The notes beneath the pieces were generated by a model that saw only the letters and a program-made list of their open reading frames with translations, was not told the DNA's origin and did not search any database. 64,000 nucleotides of DNA, taken from assembly GCF_006345805.1 (NCBI RefSeq), contig NC_043000.1:87172001-87236000 (forward strand). Direction: 5' to 3'. Numbering within the stretch: the stretch's first letter is position 1; each line of letters begins with the position of its first letter. Shown here one piece after another: positions 26,225 through 38,929 of the stretch. Origin of the DNA: Octopus sinensis (Eukaryota). Both the position numbers and the translations under genes were made by a program.

Positions 26225-26605
26225 TACGAGCAAAACGCCCTCTGTCTAATGGACGGTGCTGAGTTGTCAACATTTAAACCAAATTTTCTCAAAACAACTT
26301 GTCCCACCGTCCCAATCTGTGGCATTATTTCAAGCCAGCCGGCTTTTTTTGCGCGAACTGCACGTGCATTTTTCTCGCGTACGCGTAGTATCGATCGCAA
26401 CAGCTGATGTACTTGCGCGTACAAATGCACGTTCTCACAGCTTTATCAATCACATTCTCACCTGGAATCGATTTTTGTAATTTTTTCAAGAATTATATAC
26501 GCCCTGATACCGTCGGTATCTACATATCAAATTTGAGCGCAATCGGATGGAGGATGCCCGAGATCCTAGAAGACACACATACACACACAGACAGAACGGA
26601 TTATA
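26225..26605 (-). mobile_element. Non-autonomous Helitron-like element
   Basis: Reverse-complement match to both ends of 27138-27689. Confidence 0.7.
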
Positions 26606-26680
26606 TATATATATACAAATTGAGATAGGGGTTGTAAATGCAACCCTCCATGGGATAACATATATCCAATATACTGCTAG

Positions 26681-26727
<47 letters not shown>

Positions 26728-26924
26728 TATATATACATATACACACATATATATATGTATGCATATCTATCTATCCATCTATCTATCTAGCGTGCGCGCA
26801 CACACACACACACACATACACACACGAATACACGTACAAAATATACAGGGTGTCTACAAAGTCATTAGACAAATAGAAAATCATTAAATTTACAATGAAA
26901 ACTGGATACTGTTGAAATATTTAC

Positions 26925-27125
26925 ACTCCAGCCTACTCAGCTGGCAAAATGAGTAGTGCCTGCATGTCAAAGGGCCAGCCTTGTCACGCTGAACGCCCCT
27001 GAAAACTACGTTAAGGGTACACGTGTCTGCGGAGTGTTCAGCTACTCGTACGTTAATTTCACGAGCAAGCTGTTCCGCTGATCAGATCAACTGGAACCAT
27101 CGTCGTTGAAACCAACGGAGTGCTA
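26925..27125 (+). mobile_element. SINE-like fragment
   Basis: GC-richer block ending GATCAACTGGAACC.TCGTCGT..AACCAACGGAGTGC; family from recall. Confidence 0.45.
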
Positions 27126-27137
27126 GTTATATACAAA

Positions 27138-27689
27138 TCTCTTATATAAAATCCGTTCTGTGTGTGTGTGTGTGTGTCTTCTTGGATCTCGGGCATCCTC
27201 CATCCGATTGCGCTCAAATTTGATATGTAGATACCGACGGTATCAGGGCGTGTATAAGTCTTGAAACAATTACAAAAATCTATTCCAGGTGAGAATACGA
27301 TCGATAAAGCCGCTTTTGTCCTGCTTTTCTTCTGTCAACTTGTACATAACTGCACCTTCCATGCTTTTGTACTGCTTAAAGGCACGTTTCTTTCCTGCCA
27401 AGCTTACTGTTTAAACCATGTTTGTGTTCTCCCAGTCAACAGCCTTATCATTACTGGTACTTTAAACTCTTCGGTTGCATATTTGTGTGAATAAAATCGT
27501 TTTTCTTTGGAATAGAAAAAAGTCTATCTTTATTTCTTCCTTTGCTGGCGTCTCAAATTTAGGTTAAATCAGTGTTTCTCAAAGGGGAAACCTATGGGAC
27601 GGTCGGACAAGTTGTTTTGAAAAAAATTAGTTTTAAATGTTTGACAACTCAGCACCGTCCATTGGATGGGGGGGGGGCGTTTTTCTCGT
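27138..27689 (+). mobile_element. Non-autonomous Helitron-like element
   Basis: TCTCTTATATAAAA start, (TG)n, 3' hairpin CCGTCCATTGGATGG then CTCGT end. Confidence 0.7.
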
Positions 27690-29689
27690 ATTTCGTAAAG
27701 TTCTATATGGTGCACCGTTCGTTGCACGAAGGACATCTAAGTAATATTCAATTTCTGTCTATGCCCTTCTTAACATATGTTTTTCATCAATAGTCGCAAT
27801 GGCAGCATTTATACTTTGCTTCAGGTCATCCAAGGCCTCTACTTTAGTGCGGTACAGGATATCTTGCAAGAAAAAAGTTCACGAGTGCTATATCTGAGGA
27901 ATGCGGTGGGGAGGGGGCAAGAAATCGGGCCATCTCTTCCTATCAAGTGATCTGGAAACCGTTCATTTAAAAATCCGCGGGCGTTTACTCTCCAATGAGG
28001 TGGCGCTCCACCTTTCTGAAGTATGACATTTGGATGGAGCTTTACCTGTGGCATGACGTAGTCTCTTAGAACTTGGTCCAAAAAACAGCGATTATTGTCT
28101 TCGCCAAAAGGAAAAATGGACAAATAACTTTGTAGCACAAAATTCTGCACCACACATTGACCTTCAGGCTGCCACGTTCAATTTCCCTTTTAATGTGGGG
28201 ATTATTCGATTTCCAGATTTTTGCGTTATGCTTGTTAAATTTTCCGGACATAGAGAAGGTTGCTTCATTCGTAAAGTAAATGCGATTATGGAAGTCATCT
28301 TTGATTTTTTTCAGAATTGTAACAGCAAATTCTTTTCGTTGCGATTTGTCATTTACCTTAATCGCTTGAAATAACTGAATTGTCTATGCATAAAGCTTCA
28401 GCTTCTTAATAGAGCACTTTATGAATTGCTGATCTCGGTAGTTGCGTGGAAGCAGTGCAGATGGACTTAGATGCGGAACGTTGAAATGACTGGCGGATAT
28501 ACTCAGTATCTTCAAATGCTCTTGGCCCTTAAGTCCTCGCTTTTTGTAGCACTGTCATCATTTCTATAAATTGCTTATACCAGTTGCGAGCCGACTGATA
28601 TGCTGGAGCTTGTTTTCCATATTTAGCTGTGTAATTCCTTCGTGTTTTAATATCCGATAAACCAAAACACACATTGTGCCTTTTCATATGGAGTAACCAT
28701 TGTCTGAAACAAAAACACAACCTTAATAAAACTATTAATAAACTATTAATACCATAAAAAAAAACTCCGATAATATCATTTATTACAAAGATATATCATA
28801 TTATTACAAAAAATTAATTGCAATCTCTTCCAAGTTTTGTGGAAGCCCTATTTTAAACTAAACGAACATGAATGTAATTACTTATTTTTCGGTGCAGATA
28901 CGCAACTTGTGTTTTTCTTCCAGCCATATGATAACCAATTTTTATTCTCATAGTAATCAGCGCAATGAAATAGCCGGACTAAAAGCGTGACTAGAATTTA
29001 TTTTCATCTCTCTTCTTTCTGAGTTCGTATAGCTTGTGGAACGGTTTTGAATTTCATCCTTCCAGAGTCGATCAAGTAAATACTAAATACGATGCGAACG
29101 ATGATACATTTTCCTTGAAATGAGTAGCTTTTTGCTAATCTAACAAAACCTGTATTAATTTTTTATAGTTACTACGCATTTTGTTTCTAAAGGAGATACT
29201 TGCATTTCAGTTTCAAAAAAGTCCCATACTGTATATCACGAAATAATATCGTCACCTTTGTCTAGAAATGTGACCTGATGAAGATGCGTTAAAGTTTACC
29301 TCGTAATCAAATAAGATCTGAATTTCACGAGCCAAACAGTAATGACCGTCTTTTTCTTCTCACACAATACTTTAAAGCATTGCTCATAATTAAGGATGCA
29401 TTAATTATCTTTTAGCTAACTGATTAAACATTCGACAAAAATTTCAAAAGTTAAAGTTAGATGGAAAATACAATTTCCAATTCAGTTTTTATTTTGAAGG
29501 TTTTAAATATTTTATTTACCTTAACCAGCCATTTAATATTTCAATGTTTCGAAACGATTAATTTTCACTCTAACGTCTTCTTGGTTTATTTTGCTGTTTT
29601 TGATGTAAAATATTAACAAAGACTTGACACTCTTTTAAATAACTAAGCATAAAATTAACACTAAGGCTGGCACAAGGCCACGCATTTTT

Positions 29690-30831
29690 GTTTTGGTTGG
29701 GTAAGATAATCTGTTGAAGAGACCCCAATACTTGCCTGGTACTTTAATTTGTCGGCGTCCGATGTTCTTACCATTCTGTCAATTGACTGAGAAGAGCAAG
29801 ATGTAATAATAGTTTCTAATTTAAACACAAATGAACAATTTTGAGGGGACTGGTACTAATTTTATCGACATCGAAGTGATGGATGATAAAGTAAATCTCG
29901 ATGAGATTTGAATCAATATGTAAAGAGCCGGGTCAAATATCGCATGGAATTTTCCCCCCACGCTATAAGGATTTTATCAGTTGGCCACTTTTTGAAATGG
30001 TTTCTTATTTAGGCGCACAATCAGTAACTGTGAAGGGAGAGGGTCTGTCGAAAACTTCGATGCAAGTACTAGACACGAGTTTTATTTTAACGACCCGAAA
30101 AGGATGAAAAACAAAGTTCACTTGGGTGGGATTTAAGCTCAGAACGTTAAAATGAAAGAAGAAGCCACATAAAGTATTTTCCCAAAATTCTAATGATTTT
30201 GCCAGCTCGCCGTCCTATGGAGTAAGGTGTAATAAGGAGAAAGCGAAAGTATTTATAAATACTGTAAATAAGCAAAACTTAGCAGATAGAACATAATAAA
30301 GGAAAGTAGATTTGAAACACTCATTCATACGCAGTCTTTATCTTAGCCAAATCTTCCCCCACTTCTTATATATCTATTTATGGTTTCTGCCAGTATTTAC
30401 AAATGCGTTAGCTTCATTTAACTTTTAATTTATTCCTCTCGTATTCATTATATATATAATGAATAGTTAGCACGCCGGGCGAAATGCGTGGCCGTATTTC
30501 ACCTGCCGCTACGTTCTGAGTTAAAATTTCGCCGAGGTCGACTTTGCCCTTCATCCTTTCGGGGTCGATAAATTAAGTACCAGTTACGCACTGGGGGCCA
30601 TATAATCGACTCCATACGTTTGTCTGTCCTCTCTGTGTTTAGCCCCTTGTGAGTAGTAAAGAAATAGGTATTTCGTCTGCCGTTACGTTCTGACTTCAAA
30701 TTCCGCCGAGGTCGACTTTGCCTTTCATCCTTTCGGGATCGATAACTTAAGTACCAGTTATTCACTGGGGTTGATGTAATCGACAGGTCTCCGATCCCAA
30801 AATTCCGGGCCTTGTGCCTATAGTAGAAAGG

Positions 30832-30909
<78 letters not shown>

Positions 30910-31260
30910 TAACGTTATTTTTATCACGTGCTTTTACTGAACTACTGAGTACAGCTCTGTGCGCCTTGGGTATTATTATTAGTATTATTATTAGGGCGAC
31001 GAGCTGGCAGAATCGTTATAATATTAATAATAATATTAATAATAAGTATTAAGGCGATGAGCTGGCAGTATCGTTAGCACGTCGGGCAAAAAGCATAGTG
31101 ACATTTTGTTCGTCTTTAATTTCGAAGTTCTAATTCCGTTGGGATTGACTTTGCTTTTTGTCCTTTCGGGATCGATAAGAAGTACCAGTTGAAGACTGGG
31201 GTTGATGTAAACGATTAGTTTCCCCCACCCAAATTTCAGGCCTTGTCCCTATAGTAAAAA
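29690..31260. mobile_element. Cluster of about 8 full and partial SINE family 2 copies around (TTA)n tracts
   Basis: Degenerate minus copies 29690-30215; plus copies 30470-30830 and 31035-31260; truncated head at about 30993; (TTA)n at 30832-30905. Confidence 0.75.
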
Positions 31261-32029
31261 GGATTATTATTATTATTATTATTATTATTGTAAATTGTTT
31301 GTAATCAAGCATTTCAGCTGGTTGCATCCCGTTTATTCAAAACTTTATTTAACGACTATTTTGTTTACATTGTCTGGATCGTGGTGGTAACATTTTGTGT
31401 AATTGCATACCCTTTTTAGGAGTGTAATAATTGTTTTGCATTTTAGCATTTTTGTGAAGCCAGAATTTTATCCATTTTTCCAATTCTAAAAATGTCGGAA
31501 TACGAAGATATAATAATAATAGACCAAGAGCAGAATTCTGTTGTAACTCCGAAAATAAACGGAGCCGAAGGTGAAATGAATTTCTCGCCAAAGAGAAATA
31601 TAATTTCCTCTTGTTGCTACGACGACAGTAACAAGGGCAAAAGTACTGGTAGCAACGACGACGATTACATCAACAGGAACAATGTAAACAGCAGCAGCAC
31701 CACCACCACTATCACAAACGGCAGAAACAGCAATAATAACAGCAACAAGATGAACAAATCGAAGATAAGAAAACATGAAAAACAAGATTGAAAACAACGA
31801 CAGTGATAACTGTGTAGAAAACAACAACAATGACGACGCCAGTAGCAGTAGCAGTAGCATCAGCAGCAGCAGCAGCAGCAGCAATAATAATAGTGAACCT
31901 CAACAAAACTACTTCCTTTTCTTAAGACGTTAGCAATTGAACTATTTTTCAAGTGGATGACTTAAAAAATAAGGCACTGAAATACAAGAGTGGCAAGGTT
32001 AAACTAAAGCGTTACGCCATTCAGAGAAT

Positions 32030-32680
32030 AAAAAAAAATGTGTGTAATAGGTGTAAAACAACTTCCTATGAACGAATATGAAAAAAAAAATGCCCGCACG
32101 CGAAAGGGGGGTGGGGGAGAGGCCTCGGAAAATTCACATCGGGAATTTCCGAAAGCGTCTGAGGGGGCTGACCAGGGCACCAAAACAAAATAAACAAATA
32201 GTGTAATATGTGTAAAACAACTTGCTCTAAACGAATATGACAAAAAAAAATGCGCACTCGCGAAAGAGGGGTGGGGGAGAGGCCTCGGAAAATTCACATC
32301 GGGAATTTCCGAAAGCGTCTGAGGGGGCTGACCAGGGCACCAAAACAAAATAAACAAATAGTGTAATATGTGTAAAACAACTTGCTCTAAACGAATATGA
32401 CAAAAAAAAATGCGCACTCGCGAAAGAGGGGTGGGGGAGAGGCCTCGGAAAATTTATATCGGGAATTTCCGAAAGCGTCTGACCCGGGCACAAAAACAAA
32501 AACAAAAATAGCGTAATAGGTGTAAAACAACTTGCTCTAAACGAATATGATAAAAAAAATGCGCGCTCGCGAAAGGGGGGTGGGGGAGAGGCTTCGGAAA
32601 TTTCACATCTTCAGTCCACGGCCTTTAAACTAAGAAAAAATAGTGTAATTGGTGTAAAACTACTTGTTCTAAACGAGTAT
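32030..32680 (+). repeat. Tandem array of about 4.3 copies of a 160-bp unit, probably inside a HINE-like element
   Basis: Unit starts GTGTAAT..GTGTAAAAC at about 32042, 32201, 32361, 32511 and 32643. Confidence 0.9.
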
Positions 32681-33133
32681 CAAGAACACACACTCACACA
32701 TGAATCATAAACTCCGTATTTTTGTACATATTTCGCAAAAAAAAAAAAAATAAAGAGAAGAAATTCTGGTATAAGTGAAGAAATGTTGGATCTCCGCCAT
32801 GTGAATCAAAATACGTGTCAGAAACATCTTGAAATACTACAGAAATTATGTTACGAAAATGATAATGTATACATACCTTTTTGAGTGGTCCATCGACAGT
32901 GTTGATAAAGAAATGAGATGGGTTGCGTTTGGAAGAAAAAATTATCTCGGGCCAGTATAAAGACTTGCTGCTGCCAATAAGAATACGTGCATTCTCTTGG
33001 CAGCAGGTTTAATGCTGTCCATAAAAAGGAACTTGGCGAGGTATTGTTTTAAGTAACAGGCACGAATGCCTGGGCGAACAACCGATCTCTTAACTGACCC
33101 CCACAAAATACGTGTCAGAAACATCTTGAAATA

Positions 33134-33197
<64 letters not shown>

Positions 33198-34053
33198 CTG
33201 TTTGACTCAGCTCCATACAATTTAAGGTTTCGCATGCTCGTAGATCGAACTCAGGTCGTCAGGTATCTGGAGATCGAGTAACAGGATGAGACAAATGCAA
33301 GATGGCTTCTAGATGTTAGGCCTCTGTTCAGCAACTCAGGCCACGTAATATTATTGAGCGGTATCGGTACTCTTCTTTGTTCTTAGGTCTAGTAGTCGGA
33401 CAGGATGTTGGTAGGTAGTTATCATCGCCATGTCCAGAAATCTAGCAACATCAACTTGTTGCATTAGCTGCAATAATGGGGGCAGAGTGGGATGTGGTCG
33501 CGGGTTAGTAGCGACTGCCTTTCCGTAGGAGTAACCAGATTTGGTGATACTGCTTAAAATTTGGTGATGTTAGGTTGAATTGTCAGCACAGCTGGGTTGG
33601 AATGTATATGAGTGACACGGGCTAAGTACCGTGCTCTGTAATATGGCGTAGGCAAGCCTAAGATGGTGTACCTGGATTGTCGGCTGCCAGTGACTTCAAG
33701 TTCATTAACAGGGTGTACCAACTTCGATTGGAGTATTATTGACAGGTCTTCACTTAGAACTCGCAATTGCCAACTCTGACTCCACCAACCTGAAATATCC
33801 GTCAACAGGGAGAATGAAATATCTTATTGTTGCTACCAGGGGCACGCCCTATTAATGAACTTTCAAGCCACTGGCAACCGACAGTCCAGATAAATCAATT
33901 TAGGCTTGCCTGCTCCGTACTCAAGAACACGGTACTTAACCTGCCGCCCATAAACAATAAATCCCAAGGCTTGCTTGATGTCGCTGATTAAACCATACCG
34001 CGGTTACCAGACATAGCAACAATGACTACTTACCAGCATTCTGTCCGACCACT

Positions 34054-34057
<4 letters not shown>

Positions 34058-34111
<54 letters not shown>

Positions 34112-34160
34112 CAACAACAACAACAACAGCAATAATAATAACATCAGCAACAGCAGCAGC

Positions 34161-34214
<54 letters not shown>

Positions 34215-34228
34215 AATAATAATAATGA
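34058..34228. repeat. (AAT)n/(AAC)n/(CAG)n microsatellite
   Basis: Direct reading. Confidence 0.95.
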
Positions 34229-34668
34229 TAAATACTGATGCCGCTTCCAGACCAATAGCACCACGTGCCTTGAGCTGAATACGTTCTTCGAGCATACAAA
34301 ACTTTAAATCGCTTGGAACTGAGTGAAACTTTTACTAAATGATACATATACTTTTACCAAATATGTTGAGTGTCATTTTCTTTCGTTTGTCCACTCGTAT
34401 ATACACACATACATACGTACATACATACATACATACATACATACATACATACATACATACATACATACATACATGCACACACGCATACATATATATATAT
34501 ATATGTGTGTGTGTGCGCGTGCGTGTGTGTGTATATATTATATATATATATTTAAGGCATACACACACGCATGAGCGCGCACACACACATACTTCATCAT
34601 GTTGAACCGTTAATCTCTACACATTTTTTTCTCCCTCTGTTTTTTTTTCCTGCATTTTTCCCTCACAA

Positions 34669-34707
34669 TCCTTTGTGGCGAAGAGCCTAAGCTCGAAACG
34701 TCAAGGA
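34669..34707 (+). ncRNA. Degenerate hammerhead motif in a PLE pseudo-LTR fragment (family related to 21731)
   Basis: TCCTTT-GTGGCGA-A-GAGC(CTAA)GCTC-GAA-ACGT-C-AAGGA; GUC triplet retained, CUGA mutated. Confidence 0.55.
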
Positions 34708-35126
34708 CTTTTCCATTCTTCCCGAGCGTCAAACTTATACACTTGGTTGTTGTTCCCTCACCTGTCTTCGTCCTTTGTTTTCTGTAGAAACACACCACAA
34801 AATCGCTCACATAGCATTCTACACTTATGCATGTCTCACAACACTCCTATGCGTGCACATAAACACTTTCCATTTTTATTAGCTCTCCCGTGGACCCGCA
34901 TTCCTACTTGGCCCCTAACTCCTAACCTCTCTCCTATTTCCTACTCCACTTTTTCCTCTTTCACACACTTCATTTACTCTTCGTTTATACTTGTATTCTA
35001 ATGGAGGACTATTGTCCGAAAAGTTAAGACTCTTTCCCTTCCTTTTTAAGCGTTAGACTAATACAATAAATTTTAAAACTGTCTTTCTACTGCTGTCCTT
35101 TTTGTTGCTTTTGTTCATTGTTTTCG

Positions 35127-35165
<39 letters not shown>

Positions 35166-36077
35166 GGCAGGCAACAGGTTGCTTAGCCACATACCGAAAA
35201 ATTAGAAATAGCAGTCAAAGACTGTTTATTTCTATTTTCTACAAATGAGACTCCACATACGACATAACCCTGTAATTCACATATGCAAAACAGAAGGAAG
35301 AAATAACGAAAGCAAAGTCTAATAGTTATTTACGAACGCGTTTCTAGATTAGGAATATAAACTCCATGTCTTTCATCAGCGTAAATATCCACTAAAATAG
35401 ATTTCTCAAATGCTACGTACCTCTACTTCCCGATCAGCCGACATCGGAATAGTGGAAGAAAGCAAGCATAGGCCAAACCTATATAGACGATTGAATCTGC
35501 AATTTTCCCTCCAAAATTTTACCATGCGTATTACAAAAATAGTTCCTTAGAGATAGAACTATGGGTTGTCATTAGTAATATAATAAGAGTAAATAATATC
35601 TTTAATGGTTTTAAAAAAAAGAACAACAATTATTTACGGGTAGATTTCGGCATGTAAATACAACCATTAACGGTAGGAACTTCTATAAAAGTTCAATATA
35701 TATTTTTGTATATAAATAAAAGAGACAGGCAACAGGTTGCTTAGCCACATACCGAAAAAATTAGAAATAGCAGCCAAAGACTATTTTATACAAATGAGAC
35801 TCCACATACGACATATCCCTTTTATTTATATACAAAAATGCACACGCACGCACTCACACATACACACACACATTAAAGTTATAAAGTCGATGTTTGGTTA
35901 TAGTAATCAATAGTTTCGCATCCACGAAGGCTGTAGCTTCGAGAGCGACTCATAAGACTCTCGTCCAAAGACAAATTTAACTCTTCATATATATACATAT
36001 GAAGTGTGTGTGTGTGTGTGTGTGTGTATACAATTCTGGAATCACATTAATACAATGGTATATATTTGATATTACAG

Positions 36078-36283
36078 ATAATGCGGTAATTGCGGAAACT
36101 AAGACGAATGATGCAAATGGAATTAGCAGCATTGGTGATGTTTTGCAAGCAATTAGGGAGGCATTTACCATCGACCTTGCAGTAAAAAATATTTCAGAGA
36201 GAATTCCGTATCATACTTCACTAGCTGCTCAGTATGGAACTTTAACATCCGAATCTGTGAAATCAATGGACAGGAAGTTAAAG
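36078..36283 (+). CDS. Coding exon A of an uncharacterised spliced host gene (xNAVIAETKTNDANGISSIGDVLQAI...DRKLK)
   Basis: Acceptor ATTACAG| at 36077, donor AAG|GTAATG. 206 nt, starts phase 1, ends phase 0, no stops, complex non-repeat protein sequence. Phase matches exon B. Confidence 0.82.
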
Positions 36284-36603
36284 GTAATGTTTAACAAACT
36301 TTCTCTGTAGCCTGAGAACAGTAAAAAGGAAAACAAGTTATATTGTATAATATTATAAAACATGCACGCATAAATCAATGACAGCACCTCCTCATACGAA
36401 TGCAAACACGAACCAATGAGAGAGACTCTACTTAGTCACTCAACTCGGTAGAAATAACATCCAAAGCTTCCACAGGTTGTTCATAACTGGAATGCCTTAT
36501 ACCATAAATCCAGTCGATCAAGGCTCGTGTAGGGCTAAAAACAACAGTAACAACAACATATACGCATTCAGAGACTTATAGTATCACGCACATATATCTA
36601 TAC

Positions 36604-37085
36604 ACTAGCAGTATAGCCCGGCTTTGCTCGGGATTAAGTGAGGATTATTAAGCTAATCAAGCTCTTTATTTCAAAGCAAACTAAGCAACATCGACGTCAA
36701 ATTTGAGTGAAATCCGTTGAAACTGGTAAAGTTTTGGCTGAAATTTTGCAGACAATTTGATTGGGAAATCCTATAAGGAATCGGTTTATCGATCTTTTCC
36801 ACTCATCGATTTTTTTTCCTTTTTGGAGAACTTAAAGCATTCAAAGATCCCATGAGTCCTAAGTAATGCTGGCATCAAGTTTGAACAAAATACATCAAAA
36901 TTGGTAGACATTATGGTTGAAAATGGGGTGTAGCCAATTTTAGTGGGAAGTCCTATAAGGAATCGGTTTATCGATTTTTTAAATCCTGATTAAATAGAAA
37001 ACTCCATAAGGAATCAGTTTATTGATTTTTCACCCCAAATAGGACTTAATCGAACAATGCTGATTCAAAAATATCTATATTTATA
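36604..37085 (-). mobile_element. Helitron 3' terminus and non-autonomous body
   Basis: Minus strand CCCGAGCAAAGCCGGG hairpin, short spacer, then CTAG-T. Confidence 0.75.
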
Positions 37086-37348
37086 CTTTAAAGTTGGTTT
37101 TCATACCCAACCCAGTTCTGCAGAATCAGTGTCGCGAAGGGAGCGCATGGGTTGGGAGTTTGATCGGCAGAGGTGATCAGGTTGTATATGCCAACCCTTT
37201 TGAAAACACCACCCCATCATGTAACCCCACTTTGCCCATGGGTTGGGAATCCACCCAGCAAGGAAAATAGACCGCCCAAAAGGCCCCCCCGATCCTCTGT
37301 GGGAGAAGTGGTTATGTTCAGATCACAACTAAGTATATATATATGGGC

Positions 37349-37394
<46 letters not shown>

Positions 37395-37495
37395 TATACG
37401 TACATACACCTATTGCGTACATGTTTTTGCACGCCTTTGCCCCTTCCCCTGTCCCACCACCACATCCTACCCGAGTAATACCATCAATTGAAGCA

Positions 37496-37745
37496 AATTT
37501 GGTGCCCGGACGTAAGTTTTGTAAGAGGAATAGAGAGAACTACCTTCTCCCGCAGAGATGTGAGAGTCAGAGCTCTCCTTTTGAAAGCATGAACAGTTTC
37601 GAAACGTTGTTTACAAAATGAAAATTTGGCACCCGGACGTAAGTTTTGTAAGTGGAATAGAGAGGCCTACCTCCTCCCACAGAGATGTAAGTCATATCTC
37701 TCCTTTCGAAAACATGAACAGTTTCGAAACATTGTTTACAAAATA
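37496..37745 (+). repeat. Two tandem copies of about 126 bp
   Basis: AAATTTGG..CCCGGACGTAAGTTTTGTAAG...GTTTACAAAAT occurs twice. Confidence 0.9.
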
Positions 37746-37754
37746 ATAGCTGAT

Positions 37755-37920
37755 CGTTTGCGAAGGAGCGTATCTACAGTCAACACTTAGGTCTTTTGCT
37801 CAGGTAATCTCTGCTCTCTCCCATGTTCACGAACGGCCAGCTATATATCACTATGAGTAGAGCAACGGATTCTGCTAATTTGGAAATTAGTTGTGGAGAA
37901 ACGGAGAATATCGTTTATAT
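37755..37920 (+). pseudogene. Helitron Pif1-like helicase C-terminal fragment
   Basis: PMFTNGQLYITMSRA...ETENIVY matches the Helitron helicase consensus FSHGQLYVALSRV...NIVY. Confidence 0.75.
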
Positions 37921-38404
37921 TGTGTATATATATACGGGCAACACACATACACATACACGTTGCATTCACGTGTTTTGTACACATACATGCTCGTGTGTGT
38001 GTGTGTGACTGAAGCCATTCACACATACATACATACATACATACATACATACGTACATACATACATACATACATACATACGTACATACATAACCCCTGTC
38101 TGTCAATCACTCACTAAAAAGACGAAATTTAAAAAATCTGTTATGTCTCTCTCTCTCTCTCTCTTTCTCTCTCTCCCTCTCTTTACACCGTCGCCAGAAG
38201 GGGGCTTAACTCATATTTGCAAATGGTCGTGTATTTGTCCGACTTGAAAATTGTTAGAAGTTTTGGCTCAAAATTATTTACCGCTATTCGCGGGTGCCTC
38301 GGGGGAAAATAATTTGACGAAAATACAGCTAGGGTCTGACGAATGTCCTCCTAAAATTTGAGCGACGTGCGTGCTAATTTGTGGATGTGCATAAACTACA
38401 TTCA

Positions 38405-38439
<35 letters not shown>

Positions 38440-38929
38440 CCTGCCTTTTATATATACAGATACACAAATAAATGATCATTGCATCTACGCAAACTCATAC
38501 ATACAATCATGTATTTATGATAAAATCACACACACGCGCGCGCACACAACACACACACTATCATGCACCCTCACAGGCACACAAACGCACACATGCACAT
38601 GCACAACACTCACGTACACATTGATATTTATATCTATGACAACTACATAACCATGTATATACAATTAGACACGCGTAATATGTTTAGTACACACTTATAT
38701 ACGTGTATTTAACATACACTTATACATAATCACACATATAAAGTAAATAGCACAGTAAATGTGAAACATGATATATGCGCCGTAAAAAATTCCCGATTAT
38801 TTAAATACTTTTTTTTTTATTAAATTTAGTTTGGAATTGCACAAAAATAGTTAAAATCGGCTCTTCGACATTCAATTGTTCATGCATACAACTTTGTTTA
38901 CTTTCGGAAAGTAAAAAGTTTCAATATGG

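Larger units (their letters stand above)
26846..28850 (-). mobile_element. Degraded DD41D-type (rosa/Visitor) Tc1/mariner element with nested SINE and Helitron-like insertions
   Basis: TA-CAGGGTG terminus. Transposase remnants 27700-28720: EATF.MSGKFNKHNAKIW, KVNVWC, QKGGAPPHW...LNERFPDHLIGRDG. Right TIR only weakly matched. Confidence 0.7.

Noticed and set aside
31492-31791. 99-aa ORF MSEYEDIIII... with a good ATG context, as the host gene first exon
   Set aside because: Runs into (AAC/CAG)n low complexity and stops; only weak phase-1 donors (GTAGCA); no support.
32030-32680. CRISPR-like array
   Set aside because: Contiguous 160-bp tandem units without unique spacers, in a eukaryotic context.
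37755-37920. Host Pif1 helicase exon
   Set aside because: Upstream motif is frameshifted, no splice sites, and neighbouring Helitron-type repeats indicate a TE relic.
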